A stretch of DNA of 64,000 bases from a virus. The notes beneath the pieces are model-generated. The model was not told the DNA's origin, did not search any database, and saw nothing but the letters and a program-made list of their open reading frames with translations. This document shows, one piece after another, positions 37,401 to 47,319 of this stretch (positions within the stretch are counted from its first letter, which is position 1; every line of letters begins with the position of its first letter). Both the position numbers and the translations under genes were made by a program. The DNA lies in the IMG/VR virus record IMGVR_UViG_3300025617_000009, positions 51,085 to 115,084 of that record. One strand, written 5' to 3'.

Positions 37401-38894
37401 TGAACGACTTGATACAAACATACCATTAGCGAAACGGAAAGCATAACCTGTATCATTGCCGCTATTATAAAAGAAGTTTCCTACTGCTAGATCTTCTACA
37501 GTAGTTTCACCGTTGAGTAAAAATGCATCTTTATCTTGTGTTGCTACACTAGGTTGTATTAGTACACTTCTAAGTCCACTACCGTGTACTGTAACACCTG
37601 CTGGTACAGTTAATGGGAATGTTTCAGTGTATATGCCCGGATAAATGAACACTGTATCGCCTGCAACTGCTTCACTTAGAGCTTTACTAACTGATAAGAA
37701 TGGGTCGTTTTGGTGTGTACCAGAACGTGCGTCGTCACCATTTACAGCAACATAATAAATATTGCCTTGTCTTAATGCCAGGTCAATACCATCCACTGCA
37801 AGATTATCTGTGTTAATATTTGTAGCATTAAACTCGTTAACCCAAATATTAGCCCAACGTTGATCGGCATTACCTAGTTGATACGTATCGTCAATGTCAG
37901 GTACAATATCGCTGGCTATTTCTGCATTAATCGTAATAGCGTCTGTGCTATCGTCGCCTATAATAATATTACCATCTGCACTAATATTACCTGTTGCGTG
38001 AATATTGCCTGTAACAGTTGTATTTGATAGTAAGTTGATTATTCCGGCTGCATTTGCTGAAATATCTAAATCTGAATTACTTTGAGTTGTTTGAATACTA
38101 TTACCATTAATACTAATATTATCAAACTGTATACTATCAACATCTAAACTATTTGCTGTTAATCTGCCAGTAAGATTTAAGTCTCCGCTGCTGGTTAAAT
38201 CGCCTGTTTGAGTAATATCACCGTTGACTATTACAGCATTAAGATTGCTTGTGCCTCCAACTGTTAATCCTTGGTCTATTTCTACATTATTGTTAGCAAT
38301 ATAAATTCTGCCAGTGCCATTTGCTCTAAGTTCTAGATCAGCATTAGATTCTGTAGTCGTTATTAAGTTGCCAGCAATAGATATTTGATCAGTTGTTAAG
38401 GAGTTTGCATTTACATCTCCACTTACAACAATATCTGCTAAGAAAGTTGTACCTAGGATAGTAACATCTTGTTCAAATACTAGATCACTGAATACTTTAA
38501 TTACACCAGTACCATTAGCACTTAATGACAGATCTGCATTAGATTCGTTGGTAGTAATAGTATTATCATTAATGTATATGCCGTCAATAGTGACCGAGTT
38601 TTGATAAACAGTTCCATTAACACTTTCTAGAGTAATGTCTCCAGAAGAGTTGGTTATAGAACTTCCTTGAATTGTAAAGTTTGCAAGATTGGCAGCAGTA
38701 ACAGCATGTAAATTATCTGCTCGCGAAGTACCGTTTACGTCTAATTCGTATTGAGGTGTTGTGGTCTTGATGCCGATTTTTTGATTGTTGTTTTCAACAT
38801 TAAGATATAATAGGTCAGTCTCAAAGGCTAAATCTACGCCAAGACGCTCTAGATTCTGCTTTAAGAGTGGACCGGAAATACGACCAATCGCCAT
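34419..38894 (-). CDS. Long fibre-like protein (1491 aa) with IDDNxITTTxSNxDLELRAxGTG repeats
   Basis: Multiple ~60-90-aa repeats, PxGTTAERP...GMLRYN domains near the C-terminus, ends AIGIVLALG. Paralogue of 39019..45372. Confidence 0.75.
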   Translation of the reverse strand: MAIGRISGPLLKQNLERLGVDLAFETDLLYLNVENNNQKIGIKTTTPQYELDVNGTSRADNLHAVTAANLANFTIQGSSITNSSGDITLESVNGTVYQNSVTIDGIYINDNTITTNESNADLSLSANGTGVIKVFSDLVFEQDVTILGTTFLADIVVSGDVNANSLTTDQISIAGNLITTTESNADLELRANGTGRIYIANNNVEIDQGLTVGGTSNLNAVIVNGDITQTGDLTSSGDLNLTGRLTANSLDVDSIQFDNISINGNSIQTTQSNSDLDISANAAGIINLLSNTTVTGNIHATGNISADGNIIIGDDSTDAITINAEIASDIVPDIDDTYQLGNADQRWANIWVNEFNATNINTDNLAVDGIDLALRQGNIYYVAVNGDDARSGTHQNDPFLSVSKALSEAVAGDTVFIYPGIYTETFPLTVPAGVTVHGSGLRSVLIQPSVATQDKDAFLLNGETTVEDLAVGNFFYNSGNDTGYAFRFANGMFVSSRSPYIRNISVITQGSVTNASDPRGFNQGDAGKGALVDGSVVGSASKEASMLFHSVTFITPGVDALTATNGVRIEWLNSFSYFANRGIYAVDGVAGKYNDGKTRIKLGGTSGPFTPGNTITFTSTDSSTEYTATIESVNGDVITIDGYFDSLVGFDTTPQSITDGTATATEILHYDLRDFGAEIRLIASASVYGNYGLYGDGPGVLMYAVGHNLAYIGNGKEVTNDPTTVNQANEVVDLNNAIIRYNSVDHKGDFRVGDQFFVSQETGTVTFANADVSVEAINGLIVTNNGNTTSITATDIDVGNFNISGNTISTVSGDINLDAASDVVNINDNLNITGNLDVTGNINLNGNIVIGDEATDDLFINASIISNLVPAGEPDLGTPTEQWLNLYANNLHIDDIDIFTNVITTVTSNSDLELRASGTGRIYLPDNDLQIDNDLTVSGSTTLSNTTITGTVTHTGDYNQTGDTTVTGNVTVTGDLDVTGSAQFEEILIDDNFITTTTSNADLELRASGTGQILIPSNDVTITNNLTVNGTTNTADITSTGDITSNSFTTGDILVDDNFITTTQSNSNLELSANNNGVVLIPSNDVTVSTSLTVNGLTTLANTDVTGTITHVGDTNQTGTYTLTGDASVTGILTVDSSLQFEEILVNDNFITTTSTNADLELRAAGTGRVVIPDNDLIVSNDVTVQGTVTAEALSVTGITANSFSTGDILIDDNFITTTQSNSNLELRASGTGGIVVDEFTFNQNEITTVGDFTITPGSGLTVFNSTDAVVLPSGTTAERPTAANGMLRYNSELDRFEGYDGVNWLDLGKGVIDLDGDTRITAELTPGANDDTIRMYANGNLVADINANRFNTSRVEIDDISIDTNVIETITTNSDLVLSANGTGVVRIGHFAIENNRISNVVTDSITTFDAPNGGYYRINGSNGFVIPVGSNLNKPPANEAETGMMRYNTDDERVEVFDGVSFVSVAGAASGLDQNDAEELAIGIVLALG

Positions 38895-38996
38895 CTCTTC
38901 TCCTCAATACGGGGATCCTGTCCCTCCAACCACCTTACATTGCGGGTTGACCACAGTTTCGTCTCGTAAAAGTTTGGTCGACTCTTACAGTAATAG
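38895..38996 (-). promoter_or_regulatory. Structured ~95-nt 5' leader of the 1491-aa fibre gene
   Basis: GC-richer intergenic segment between a late promoter and the GAGGAG SD. Stems GACCA/UGGUC, CAACC/GGUUG and GGGA-CAGGA-UCCC. Confidence 0.5.
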
Positions 38997-39004
38997 TATT
39001 TATC
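38997..39004 (-). promoter_or_regulatory. Late promoter GATAAATA
   Basis: Consensus match in the intergenic gap. Confidence 0.6.
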
Positions 39005-39018
39005 GGATTTGAGATATA

Positions 39019-42000
39019 TTAGCCTAAAGCCATAGTAAATTCAAAGAGAAGATTTTCAAATGTCTCAGCGGTAATACTTTCGCCTCCGCCTGCAACAATT
39101 ATCCATTCCGTACCGGAATAGATTTCCATGATTTCTCGTTCTGTATTCCAACGCATTTCGCCTACTTGAAGATTATCACCTCTACCTGCTGTAGAACCTG
39201 CTGGAATAACGAGTCCGTTTGTTCCATCAAACTTAACATATCCTATACCTGTTTGAGTAAATTCAAATGCACCTGTGTTATAATGTTTAATAAAATCGTT
39301 TACAATTTCTAAATCATTAACTAGTATTTTTGGCGCACGATATCTATGAATAGCGTTAACTGTTCTTACAAATAGATCGTTGTTGTAAACAAATAAGTTT
39401 ACGTCTGTATTTTCTCCTGTAGGTACAGCAACTTGATAATCTAAGTTTCCAGTAGTTTGATTATATGCATGAACAAAATCGTCTCCTGCATTAGGATCAG
39501 CGGCATAGATATAGTTGTCATCTGCATGCCAGTTATTTAAACCAGTGTTTTGCCCGATTGTAGGTATTTGATTTAATATTGTTTGATTTTCAATATCATA
39601 TATCACAAACTGAATATCGTCACTACCTAAAGGCGCTATCTCTTCTGCATAATACAACTTTCCTTTTCGTATTTGCATAGCATACATATACCATGCATTA
39701 TAAGTTGGAGTGTTTAATGTGTCTATTAGAGTGAAATTTTCTAACTCAAATATAAAAATCTGGCCGCCATCGTCTGAAGAATACACTGCAAGATAATTTT
39801 CATCAGCAGCCATTGTACGTCCAAACGAGTCACTATTAAATGGATCAGTACTTGTAGGGTGAGTTAATGTTTGGACCAGTTGTGGAGGATCTTGATATAA
39901 GTCATATACTCTAACATTGTCAAATTGACTAGATCCAGTTATTGATACAAATGCATATCTATTATTGATAGCAGTAGTCCAACCAAAATTGCTACTACTA
40001 GTAGGCCCTGTAACACGCAAAAGTTGTTCTTGAGTTTCTACGTTATAAAATACAACCGATCCTCGTCCACTAGGAGGTGTGTTGTATGCTCCTGCTACTA
40101 AAATATTGTTTTCATTTAAAGATACAGATCCTCCAAATAAACTTATACTTTCATTGCCTGGTTCGTAAAGAGTGTACTGATATTCACCTTGGCGGGTGTA
40201 AACCATTACTCTACCTTCTAAAAACCCATTTTCATTACTACTAGGATCACCGATAACAATATATTCATCGTTGACTGCTATAGTTTGTTTGCCGTTTCTT
40301 AAACTTGTATCTGTAAGTGGTTCATTTGCTGTCAGCTCACCGACATACTGTGTAATAGTTTCTTCAGTTCTAAGTTCTAAATCAGCATTTGTATCTACTG
40401 TGGTTATTTCGTTGTTATCTATTAGCACACTGTCTGCTTGTAATGCGTGGAAGTTAACACTGTTTAAATCTATATTACCTACTTGTACATTGTTTACAGT
40501 AAACTCTAAATGATTGTTTGTGCTGTTAGCAATTACACTTGTTTGTCTATCTGCAGAGTATAACTGATCAAATGTTTGTATGTTTGCGCCAAACCCTTCA
40601 AACACATTATCATCTGAGTTATATCTAATACTACCTTCGGTTAAACTCCAATTAGCTGTTGTACCTTGTGGTAGTGTAACACTGTCTGTGCTGTTAAATG
40701 TTGCTATACTAGTATTAAACTGTAAATCAGCAGAGTCGGTAAACAAGTTGTCTGTGTTTATTCTAACGTCTTCAAAGTCTACATTACCTACGCCATTTGC
40801 TCTAAGTTCTAGATTGGAGTTAGTTATAGTTGTTGTAATAACATTGTCAAACAAATCTATGTTTTCTAATTCAAAGTTATCTCCAGTCACACCGTTGACA
40901 TTAATACCATCTAGTGTTAATATAGTAGTTGTAAGATTTTGTGCAAGAAGTTCTTCATCAATAATCACTCTACCTGTACCGTGAGCTCTAAATTCTAAGT
41001 CTGCATTCGTTGATGTGTTTGTAATAACGTTATCGTCAAATCTTATTTCTTCAAGTTGTACACCTTGTGTAATATCTAAGTTACCAGTGATGTGTAAATT
41101 TGTTACAGTTAAGTCACCAGTATGATTTACATTACCAACGTGTGTAAGTACGCCATTAATATCTGTAGATTGTAGTGTTGTGTCTACTGCAATAGTTAAA
41201 TCTTGATCTGCTTGTAGATCTTCAAACACAACTTCTCCTGTGCCACTAGCTTGTAGTTCAAGATTATTTGTTCCAATTATTCCGTTAGCGTTTGCTGATG
41301 TTTGATCTACCTGCTGTATTTCCCAGCGCCACCAACGTTGATTTGTTGTAGGAGTTGCTGTGTAATAATCTTCAGGATTATCTATTAACGCTCCTCTCAG
41401 CCACGTAATACTTCCATTAGTCAATGTGTCTATAGTATAATAAGAGCTGTATGCACCTGTGCTAAATTGAGATAGACTATAAACAGATACACCATCTATC
41501 CATAATGAAAGTGTATGGGTCCAACTTCCTCTTCTTTCTAGTTGCCAAAAAGTAGTAAGTCCATTAGTGTATACTCCTCCAGCATAATAATATTCAAAAG
41601 GACGTTGACTACTACCTAGTTCTACGTTATCTAGAAACATTCTTTGTGCTGTTATATCTTCTGCATTTATGTCTACTAAATTTAAATCGCCGTTTATAGT
41701 TAGGTCATTTGTAACTTCTGTATTTTCATTGAATAGCACTTCGCCTGTACCGTTGGCTTGTAATGACATAGGACTATTATCTATATTTAAAATATCTCTT
41801 CCTTGAGATAGATATTTTAAAGTATATGTAGCAAAACCAGTAAATAATCCATCAATATCTGCTTCTGTGATTCCTTGGGGATATAAAATATCTCCAGAAT
41901 ATAATCTTATAGTCGGTCCACTATATGTTCCTAAAGAATAGTTACCGTAAGCAAATACAAGATTATTACTATTATCATATATTAATATGTTAGGAATGTC

Positions 42001-45000
42001 TGTCAAATCTAAATTAGGAGTATCTTCATGTATTAATAAAGCACTAGCAGTAATATACCATTGAAAATCGCCCGGATCATCTATTCGCCACCAAGGTTGA
42101 TTTTGATATATTAAATCTGCTGTAATAATATTAGTGTCAGGTACAGGAATACTTTTTATTACACTATTTGATATAGAGATTTCGTTAAGTATACTAGCAC
42201 TATTTACATTTAAGTCTTGCGTAACTGTTAGGTCGCCAGTTTGATTTACATCTCCAGTTTGACTTTTATCACCTGTATGTGTTACTGTTGCAGGTGCTTC
42301 TGTAGTAACAGGAGTGTCACAGTCTATGTTTAATCTTACTTGCCAATAATAACCATCAGGCATTCCACTAGGAGAAAAATTTACAGCTGAAGGGACTCTA
42401 TATTCTATAGTGAAAATATAAGATCCCGGCTGGTCGCCGAGCCAAGAATAGTTTTGATATATAGCAGTATCTGCTGTTCCTTGATATCTATCATAACTTC
42501 CTGATGAAACTAGTCGTAAATCTATATATTCGCTGCTGATTCCTAAATCTCCTCTTACATCAACACTTGCAATATTGATATTTTGTATATCAGTTGTTCC
42601 TAGCTCTGATGATAAATCAACTATAAATGTACCAGTTCCAAATCCTGCTTCTCCGTATTCTACCTGCACTGTTGTTTGTTGAAAAGTTATCTGTCTATCA
42701 ATAATTTCTAAATCTTGTAAATCAGTATCTCCAACTACAGTTAAGTTATTATCTATTTGTACATCATTACTTGATACATAAATGTCGCCAGTTCCGTTTG
42801 CACGTAGTTCAAGATCTACATTTGTGTCAGTAGTAGTAATATAGTTGTCATTAATGGATATTGAATCGCCTACAAACTGTCCAATGTAAGCATTGCCCCA
42901 TGCATTAGTATCACTACCTAGGTTAAATCCGCTGTCACTGCCAGGAATAATATCTTGTTCAATGTCTGCATTAAATGTAATCTGATCTACGTCTGTGTCA
43001 CCGAGTGTGATTACACTGCCTTGTACACTTATATCTTGGAATACTGTTGTGTTATTAGCAACATTAACATTACCTAAAACATTTACGTTTGTGTCGTATG
43101 CGTTTAAATTAATAGGTCCAGAACTGGTGCTAATAGTATTTCCTTCAAACTTTAAAATACCTTGATCTATTGTTGTTCCTGTTATAGTAGTAACATCGCT
43201 GCCGTTTGTTATAGTAACACTATTGCCGTTACCTAAGTTAATAGTGTCAATAGTAAATGCAGTACTGCCTGTTTCAAAATCAACAAGGAAGTTTTCACCT
43301 GCTCTAAAGTTACCTAGTGCATCTGTGCTTGTAAAATAAATCTTACCATTGTCTAGTTCTACTGTTTCATTTTCTTGTATAGTTAATGTTGGATCATTGG
43401 TAACTGCTTTACCGCTACCAATATATGCCATATTATGACCTATAAGGTAAAACAGCGTATCATTGCCTTCTGCAACAACTCCGTAGTTACCGTAGACGTT
43501 TGCACTACCAATTGAACGAATTTCTGCCCCATACTTAATAGTGCTTCCGTCAGTTGATAAGTGGCCTGTAGTTCCGTTTTTAGCATATAACCCTCTATCT
43601 GCAAAATATGTAAATGAGTTAAGCCATTCAACTCTTACTCCATTTGTCATTGTAACAGCATCAACACCGGGAGTAATAAATGTTACTGAATGGAACAACA
43701 TGCTTGCATCTTCGCTGGTAGGCAGAACATCGGCTCCGTCAATATAAGCTCCGCGTCCTGCATCTCCCGAATTAAATCCTCTAGGATCTGCAGCACTTAG
43801 TTGTGCTCCTTTGGTAATAACTGTTATGTTTCTTACATAAGGACTTCTGCTTGATATAAATGCGTTAGGTGCAAAACGGAAAGCATAACCTGTGTTATCT
43901 GTACTATTGTAGTAAAAGTTTTGTACACTAAGGTTTTCAACAGTGGTTTCACCATTTAACCAAAATGCATCGTTGTCATAGGTTGCAGTTGTAGGATAAA
44001 CGATAGTGTTTCTAATATCACTACCTGTTACTGTAGTGTTCACAGGAACTTCTAAGGGAAAGTCTTCTTGATATTCACCAGGAAATATATAAATCTGTGT
44101 AGGTATACTGCTGGTATGTGCAACTTCTAAAGCTCTTCCTATTGTTCTAACAGGACGCTGTTGATGATCGCCTTGATTTATGTCGTCACCGCCTTGAGCA
44201 ACATAAATGATATTACCTTGTCCTGATCCTAAATCTACACCATCTATGTTGATTACTGCGGCTGCAATATCTTGACCGTTGAGTAACACTGTGTGAACTT
44301 CGCTAAATGTTTTTCCTTCGACACCTAAGTTATACTTTATATCTTGATTAGGTAAAACGTCTGTATCAAAATCAGCATTAAAGGCAACAGTGTCAACTGT
44401 GCTATCGTCGCCAAAAACAATATTACCGTCTAGTGTAATATCTCCTGTAGCATGTAAACTTCCATCAACTAATACATTGTTTAATAAATTAATTTCTCCT
44501 GTACCAGCAGTGTTTATGTTTACATCTGCATCTGACACAGTTTGTTTTATAGCGTTTCCTTCTATACTAAGATTACCTAGTATACTATCTCCAGGAATAT
44601 CTAAATGTATACCGGTACGATCAACATAGTTAAACCCTGCGTTACCAGTGATACTAATATCACCTGTTTGATTTATTGTGTTTATATCTATATTTGCAAA
44701 TGTTACTTGTGCAGCATTATGAGTAAAGTTATTATCGGTGGAAAGATTTTCAAATATAATCTTTCCAGAACTGTTTGCACTTAGTTCTAAATCAGCATTA
44801 GATACAGCAGTAGTAATAATATTATCATCTATAGTAAACCCATTAAACAGATATCTGCCTGCTTGTATATTACCTGATGCATTAATACTATTACCTTGGA
44901 TTGTGTCTAAACTAATACCAGCATATACTTCAACATTACTGCCAAATAACATAGTGCCCGTGCCATTAGTATTGAATTCTAAATCAGTGTTAGTATTATA

Positions 45001-45372
45001 AGTTGTAATTTCTTGATTATTAATTCTTATTTGAGAAGTAGAAAACGAATTAATGTCTACATTATTAGCAGTGAAAGTTAAAGGATTAGAACTTAAATTT
45101 GTTATAGTATTTTCATTAATACTAATATTTCCAAGTTGGGAAGAGGTACTGATTAAAAAATCAGCGTTTAAGGTTCCCGTAACATTAAGTTCTGCACTAG
45201 GAGCAGAGTTGTTTACACCTACTTTACCAGTAAGTACATCTAGATATAAAAGAGGAATGTCGCCTGAATTATTCTTAAAAGCCAGATTAGCTTGACTATC
45301 TGGCTTTACAAGATCTTTACGTTCGAGGTTTGCCTCTAATAGAGGTCCTGAGATTCTACCTATCTGTGCCAC
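39019..45372 (-). CDS. Long fibre-like protein (2117 aa) with inserted domains including an FG-GAP-like beta-propeller
   Basis: GTG start 8 nt after AGGAG. N-terminus IGRISGPLL and repeats shared with 34419..38894. FGGSVSL, FGWTTAI and FGRTMAA blades; ends FTMALG. Confidence 0.75.
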   Translation of the reverse strand: MAQIGRISGPLLEANLERKDLVKPDSQANLAFKNNSGDIPLLYLDVLTGKVGVNNSAPSAELNVTGTLNADFLISTSSQLGNISINENTITNLSSNPLTFTANNVDINSFSTSQIRINNQEITTYNTNTDLEFNTNGTGTMLFGSNVEVYAGISLDTIQGNSINASGNIQAGRYLFNGFTIDDNIITTAVSNADLELSANSSGKIIFENLSTDNNFTHNAAQVTFANIDINTINQTGDISITGNAGFNYVDRTGIHLDIPGDSILGNLSIEGNAIKQTVSDADVNINTAGTGEINLLNNVLVDGSLHATGDITLDGNIVFGDDSTVDTVAFNADFDTDVLPNQDIKYNLGVEGKTFSEVHTVLLNGQDIAAAVINIDGVDLGSGQGNIIYVAQGGDDINQGDHQQRPVRTIGRALEVAHTSSIPTQIYIFPGEYQEDFPLEVPVNTTVTGSDIRNTIVYPTTATYDNDAFWLNGETTVENLSVQNFYYNSTDNTGYAFRFAPNAFISSRSPYVRNITVITKGAQLSAADPRGFNSGDAGRGAYIDGADVLPTSEDASMLFHSVTFITPGVDAVTMTNGVRVEWLNSFTYFADRGLYAKNGTTGHLSTDGSTIKYGAEIRSIGSANVYGNYGVVAEGNDTLFYLIGHNMAYIGSGKAVTNDPTLTIQENETVELDNGKIYFTSTDALGNFRAGENFLVDFETGSTAFTIDTINLGNGNSVTITNGSDVTTITGTTIDQGILKFEGNTISTSSGPINLNAYDTNVNVLGNVNVANNTTVFQDISVQGSVITLGDTDVDQITFNADIEQDIIPGSDSGFNLGSDTNAWGNAYIGQFVGDSISINDNYITTTDTNVDLELRANGTGDIYVSSNDVQIDNNLTVVGDTDLQDLEIIDRQITFQQTTVQVEYGEAGFGTGTFIVDLSSELGTTDIQNINIASVDVRGDLGISSEYIDLRLVSSGSYDRYQGTADTAIYQNYSWLGDQPGSYIFTIEYRVPSAVNFSPSGMPDGYYWQVRLNIDCDTPVTTEAPATVTHTGDKSQTGDVNQTGDLTVTQDLNVNSASILNEISISNSVIKSIPVPDTNIITADLIYQNQPWWRIDDPGDFQWYITASALLIHEDTPNLDLTDIPNILIYDNSNNLVFAYGNYSLGTYSGPTIRLYSGDILYPQGITEADIDGLFTGFATYTLKYLSQGRDILNIDNSPMSLQANGTGEVLFNENTEVTNDLTINGDLNLVDINAEDITAQRMFLDNVELGSSQRPFEYYYAGGVYTNGLTTFWQLERRGSWTHTLSLWIDGVSVYSLSQFSTGAYSSYYTIDTLTNGSITWLRGALIDNPEDYYTATPTTNQRWWRWEIQQVDQTSANANGIIGTNNLELQASGTGEVVFEDLQADQDLTIAVDTTLQSTDINGVLTHVGNVNHTGDLTVTNLHITGNLDITQGVQLEEIRFDDNVITNTSTNADLEFRAHGTGRVIIDEELLAQNLTTTILTLDGINVNGVTGDNFELENIDLFDNVITTTITNSNLELRANGVGNVDFEDVRINTDNLFTDSADLQFNTSIATFNSTDSVTLPQGTTANWSLTEGSIRYNSDDNVFEGFGANIQTFDQLYSADRQTSVIANSTNNHLEFTVNNVQVGNIDLNSVNFHALQADSVLIDNNEITTVDTNADLELRTEETITQYVGELTANEPLTDTSLRNGKQTIAVNDEYIVIGDPSSNENGFLEGRVMVYTRQGEYQYTLYEPGNESISLFGGSVSLNENNILVAGAYNTPPSGRGSVVFYNVETQEQLLRVTGPTSSSNFGWTTAINNRYAFVSITGSSQFDNVRVYDLYQDPPQLVQTLTHPTSTDPFNSDSFGRTMAADENYLAVYSSDDGGQIFIFELENFTLIDTLNTPTYNAWYMYAMQIRKGKLYYAEEIAPLGSDDIQFVIYDIENQTILNQIPTIGQNTGLNNWHADDNYIYAADPNAGDDFVHAYNQTTGNLDYQVAVPTGENTDVNLFVYNNDLFVRTVNAIHRYRAPKILVNDLEIVNDFIKHYNTGAFEFTQTGIGYVKFDGTNGLVIPAGSTAGRGDNLQVGEMRWNTEREIMEIYSGTEWIIVAGGGESITAETFENLLFEFTMALG

Positions 45373-45392
45373 TCATTATTCTCCTGACACAG

Positions 45393-45400
45393 TATTTATA
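45393..45400 (-). promoter_or_regulatory. Late promoter TATAAATA (perfect T4 consensus)
   Basis: Exact match upstream of the AGGAG SD. Confidence 0.75.
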
Positions 45401-45403
45401 GGA

Positions 45404-46378
45404 TTATGATTCGATAAACTTAACACGCATCGAGCCAGGCCCTCCGCGATATCCTGAATCACGCTGTGCATTACATGGAACGCCTGCAGGAGCACCCATT
45501 CCATACGGATACAGATATACACATGCTTGCGTCTCATAACACCCGCAACTTCTAGTGCTTGCCCAGCATGCAGCTTGCCACATTCCTGATCCTGGAGATC
45601 TATTTAAACCGTTTAAGCCTTGCACTGCTTGATACATTACACTGCCTGCACTTCTTGAAAAACTATTATCTAGTTCTGAGCCAGTTGTTCCTGTGCCGCC
45701 GCCTTGAGAAAATGTATATGGCGCAGTAGCAAGATGATGCTGCCAATGACATATATCGCAAGGACTATTACTGTTTAAAGTTAAACAACTAATTCTACTA
45801 GGTGCATTAATATCCCCACCGTATGCTTGGCCCCACCATCCTGAACCATCTTTACAGACATTGCATAGTGTACCGCATGCATCGCCTCGTGTTGTGGCAC
45901 AATAACATTGTGCCAGGCAGCAAAAAATAGGACAAAGATGACTACATGTAGACTGACCGCCTCTGCCACCTTCTGCACACATGCAACCCCAGCCACTATT
46001 ACACGCCCCGCAACAATCCATGTTAAATATTACGCATGTTCCTTCTGAACACCCTTTAAAATCTGCATTAGCATTAGCACATGCTTGACCGAGCCATCCG
46101 CAAATCATCGCTCCTGTTTCAAGAGAAAATGTTTTTCTCGCATATGCGCCGCTGTTGCCGCCGAATCCGCCTCCGCAACAACACATTTTAGGACCAGACC
46201 CGCCAGCTCCCCAAATCTCTAATACTACTGTTCCGTCAGAAGGAGCACAAAATCTAGGTCCGCAACACATGTTGTGACAACTACCACCTAAGGTATATGA
46301 AAAAATCTTACCTTTTTCAAGATTGTTTTCTTCTATCTCTAAATTTTTGCTGCCTAATAATTGTTTAAGCGATGCCAT
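45404..46378 (-). CDS. Cys/Gly-rich protein, paralogue C
   Basis: About 33 Cys in 324 aa. Motifs EIWGAGGS..KMCCC...GNSGAY, CMCAEGG, AYGGD; ends RVKFIES. Confidence 0.7.
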   Translation of the reverse strand: MASLKQLLGSKNLEIEENNLEKGKIFSYTLGGSCHNMCCGPRFCAPSDGTVVLEIWGAGGSGPKMCCCGGGFGGNSGAYARKTFSLETGAMICGWLGQACANANADFKGCSEGTCVIFNMDCCGACNSGWGCMCAEGGRGGQSTCSHLCPIFCCLAQCYCATTRGDACGTLCNVCKDGSGWWGQAYGGDINAPSRISCLTLNSNSPCDICHWQHHLATAPYTFSQGGGTGTTGSELDNSFSRSAGSVMYQAVQGLNGLNRSPGSGMWQAACWASTRSCGCYETQACVYLYPYGMGAPAGVPCNAQRDSGYRGGPGSMRVKFIES

Positions 46379-46401
46379 TTTGTTCTCCTACCATAATATA
46401 G

Positions 46402-46409
46402 TATTTATT
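46402..46409 (-). promoter_or_regulatory. Late promoter AATAAATA
   Basis: Consensus match upstream of AGGAG and ATG 46378. Confidence 0.6.
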
Positions 46410-46968
46410 ATTTGTCAAAATTATGTAGCACTGTCACCGTACTTCCAAACGGTACTGCACTTCCAAATTTAATGTAATATCCAGGATCGTTATAAGGATG
46501 ATTTGGTCCTTGGGCTGCACCTCCAGTAGTGACTTCAGCTTGTTCGTGTAATGTATATTGTGTTCCTGCTAACTGTATTACATTTCCAATATACACTATT
46601 AAATGTTCTGCAGCAACGGGTACAGTATTTGTTGTTCCGCTGCCATCGTTTAAAGGACCAAAAACTGTTTCAGCTCCTGTACCTGCGCCTAATACTTCTT
46701 TAACAATAGTTGTAGGCTCTTTAAATCTAAGATTTCTCCAAGAAGCATTTTGATATGCTTCTATTTCACCTGTATCAGTGTTATACCGAATCATTCCTTC
46801 TACAGGAACATTTGATCTTTCTGCTTCTTCACCTGTTGGTACTACAACAGCATTTGTGCTTACTAAATCGATTCTGTCTGAAACAGGTTCTACGTTCACT
46901 CCAACTTTTCTTGTTCTTAGTCCGCCGAAGAATCTTGAATCAGTTGTTTGTGATTTAACTAAACGCAT
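46408..46968 (-). CDS. Virion protein with VPTG...ER...GMIRYN domain
   Basis: Shares the PxGxxxxR...GMxRYN...ExY...W motif with the C-termini of the two long fibre proteins. Confidence 0.6.
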   Translation of the reverse strand: MRLVKSQTTDSRFFGGLRTRKVGVNVEPVSDRIDLVSTNAVVVPTGEEAERSNVPVEGMIRYNTDTGEIEAYQNASWRNLRFKEPTTIVKEVLGAGTGAETVFGPLNDGSGTTNTVPVAAEHLIVYIGNVIQLAGTQYTLHEQAEVTTGGAAQGPNHPYNDPGYYIKFGSAVPFGSTVTVLHNFDK

Positions 46969-46969
46969 A

Positions 46970-47311
46970 TTATACTTCCAAATAACTTACGGTTGCTGTT
47001 AATATTGTAGGCGATTCGCCTTGAACAATTAATCTATCACCTGCTTCTAATATAACTTTTTCTGAATCAAACGTAAATGTTTCGCCAGCTGGTAGTTCTA
47101 CAGTGTTTAAAACAAGTGTGCTAGGTCCTTTAGTTCCGCCATTTGCAGGTACTAGATACATGTCAAAGTTAGTAATATTTGCTTCTGGCTGCAAAGGATC
47201 AGGTATAGCAGTATTACATACTAATACTGTTAAAATTGCGTATTGTTTTCCAGCAGGAACATCTAATAATGTTACTGGATCTACACCTACTTGCTCATTG
47301 TAAATTGCCAT
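46970..47311 (-). CDS. Small (~113 aa) beta-rich virion protein, adaptor family 3
   Basis: ILTVLVCN...VELPAGETF...EKVILEAGDRLIV...ATVSYLEV. Confidence 0.65.
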   Translation of the reverse strand: MAIYNEQVGVDPVTLLDVPAGKQYAILTVLVCNTAIPDPLQPEANITNFDMYLVPANGGTKGPSTLVLNTVELPAGETFTFDSEKVILEAGDRLIVQGESPTILTATVSYLEV

Positions 47312-47319
47312 ATTATTTC

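Noticed and set aside
21037-46378. Diversity-generating retroelement acting on the Cys-rich or fibre paralogues
   Set aside because: No reverse transcriptase in the window and no TR/VR pair differing only at adenines was seen.
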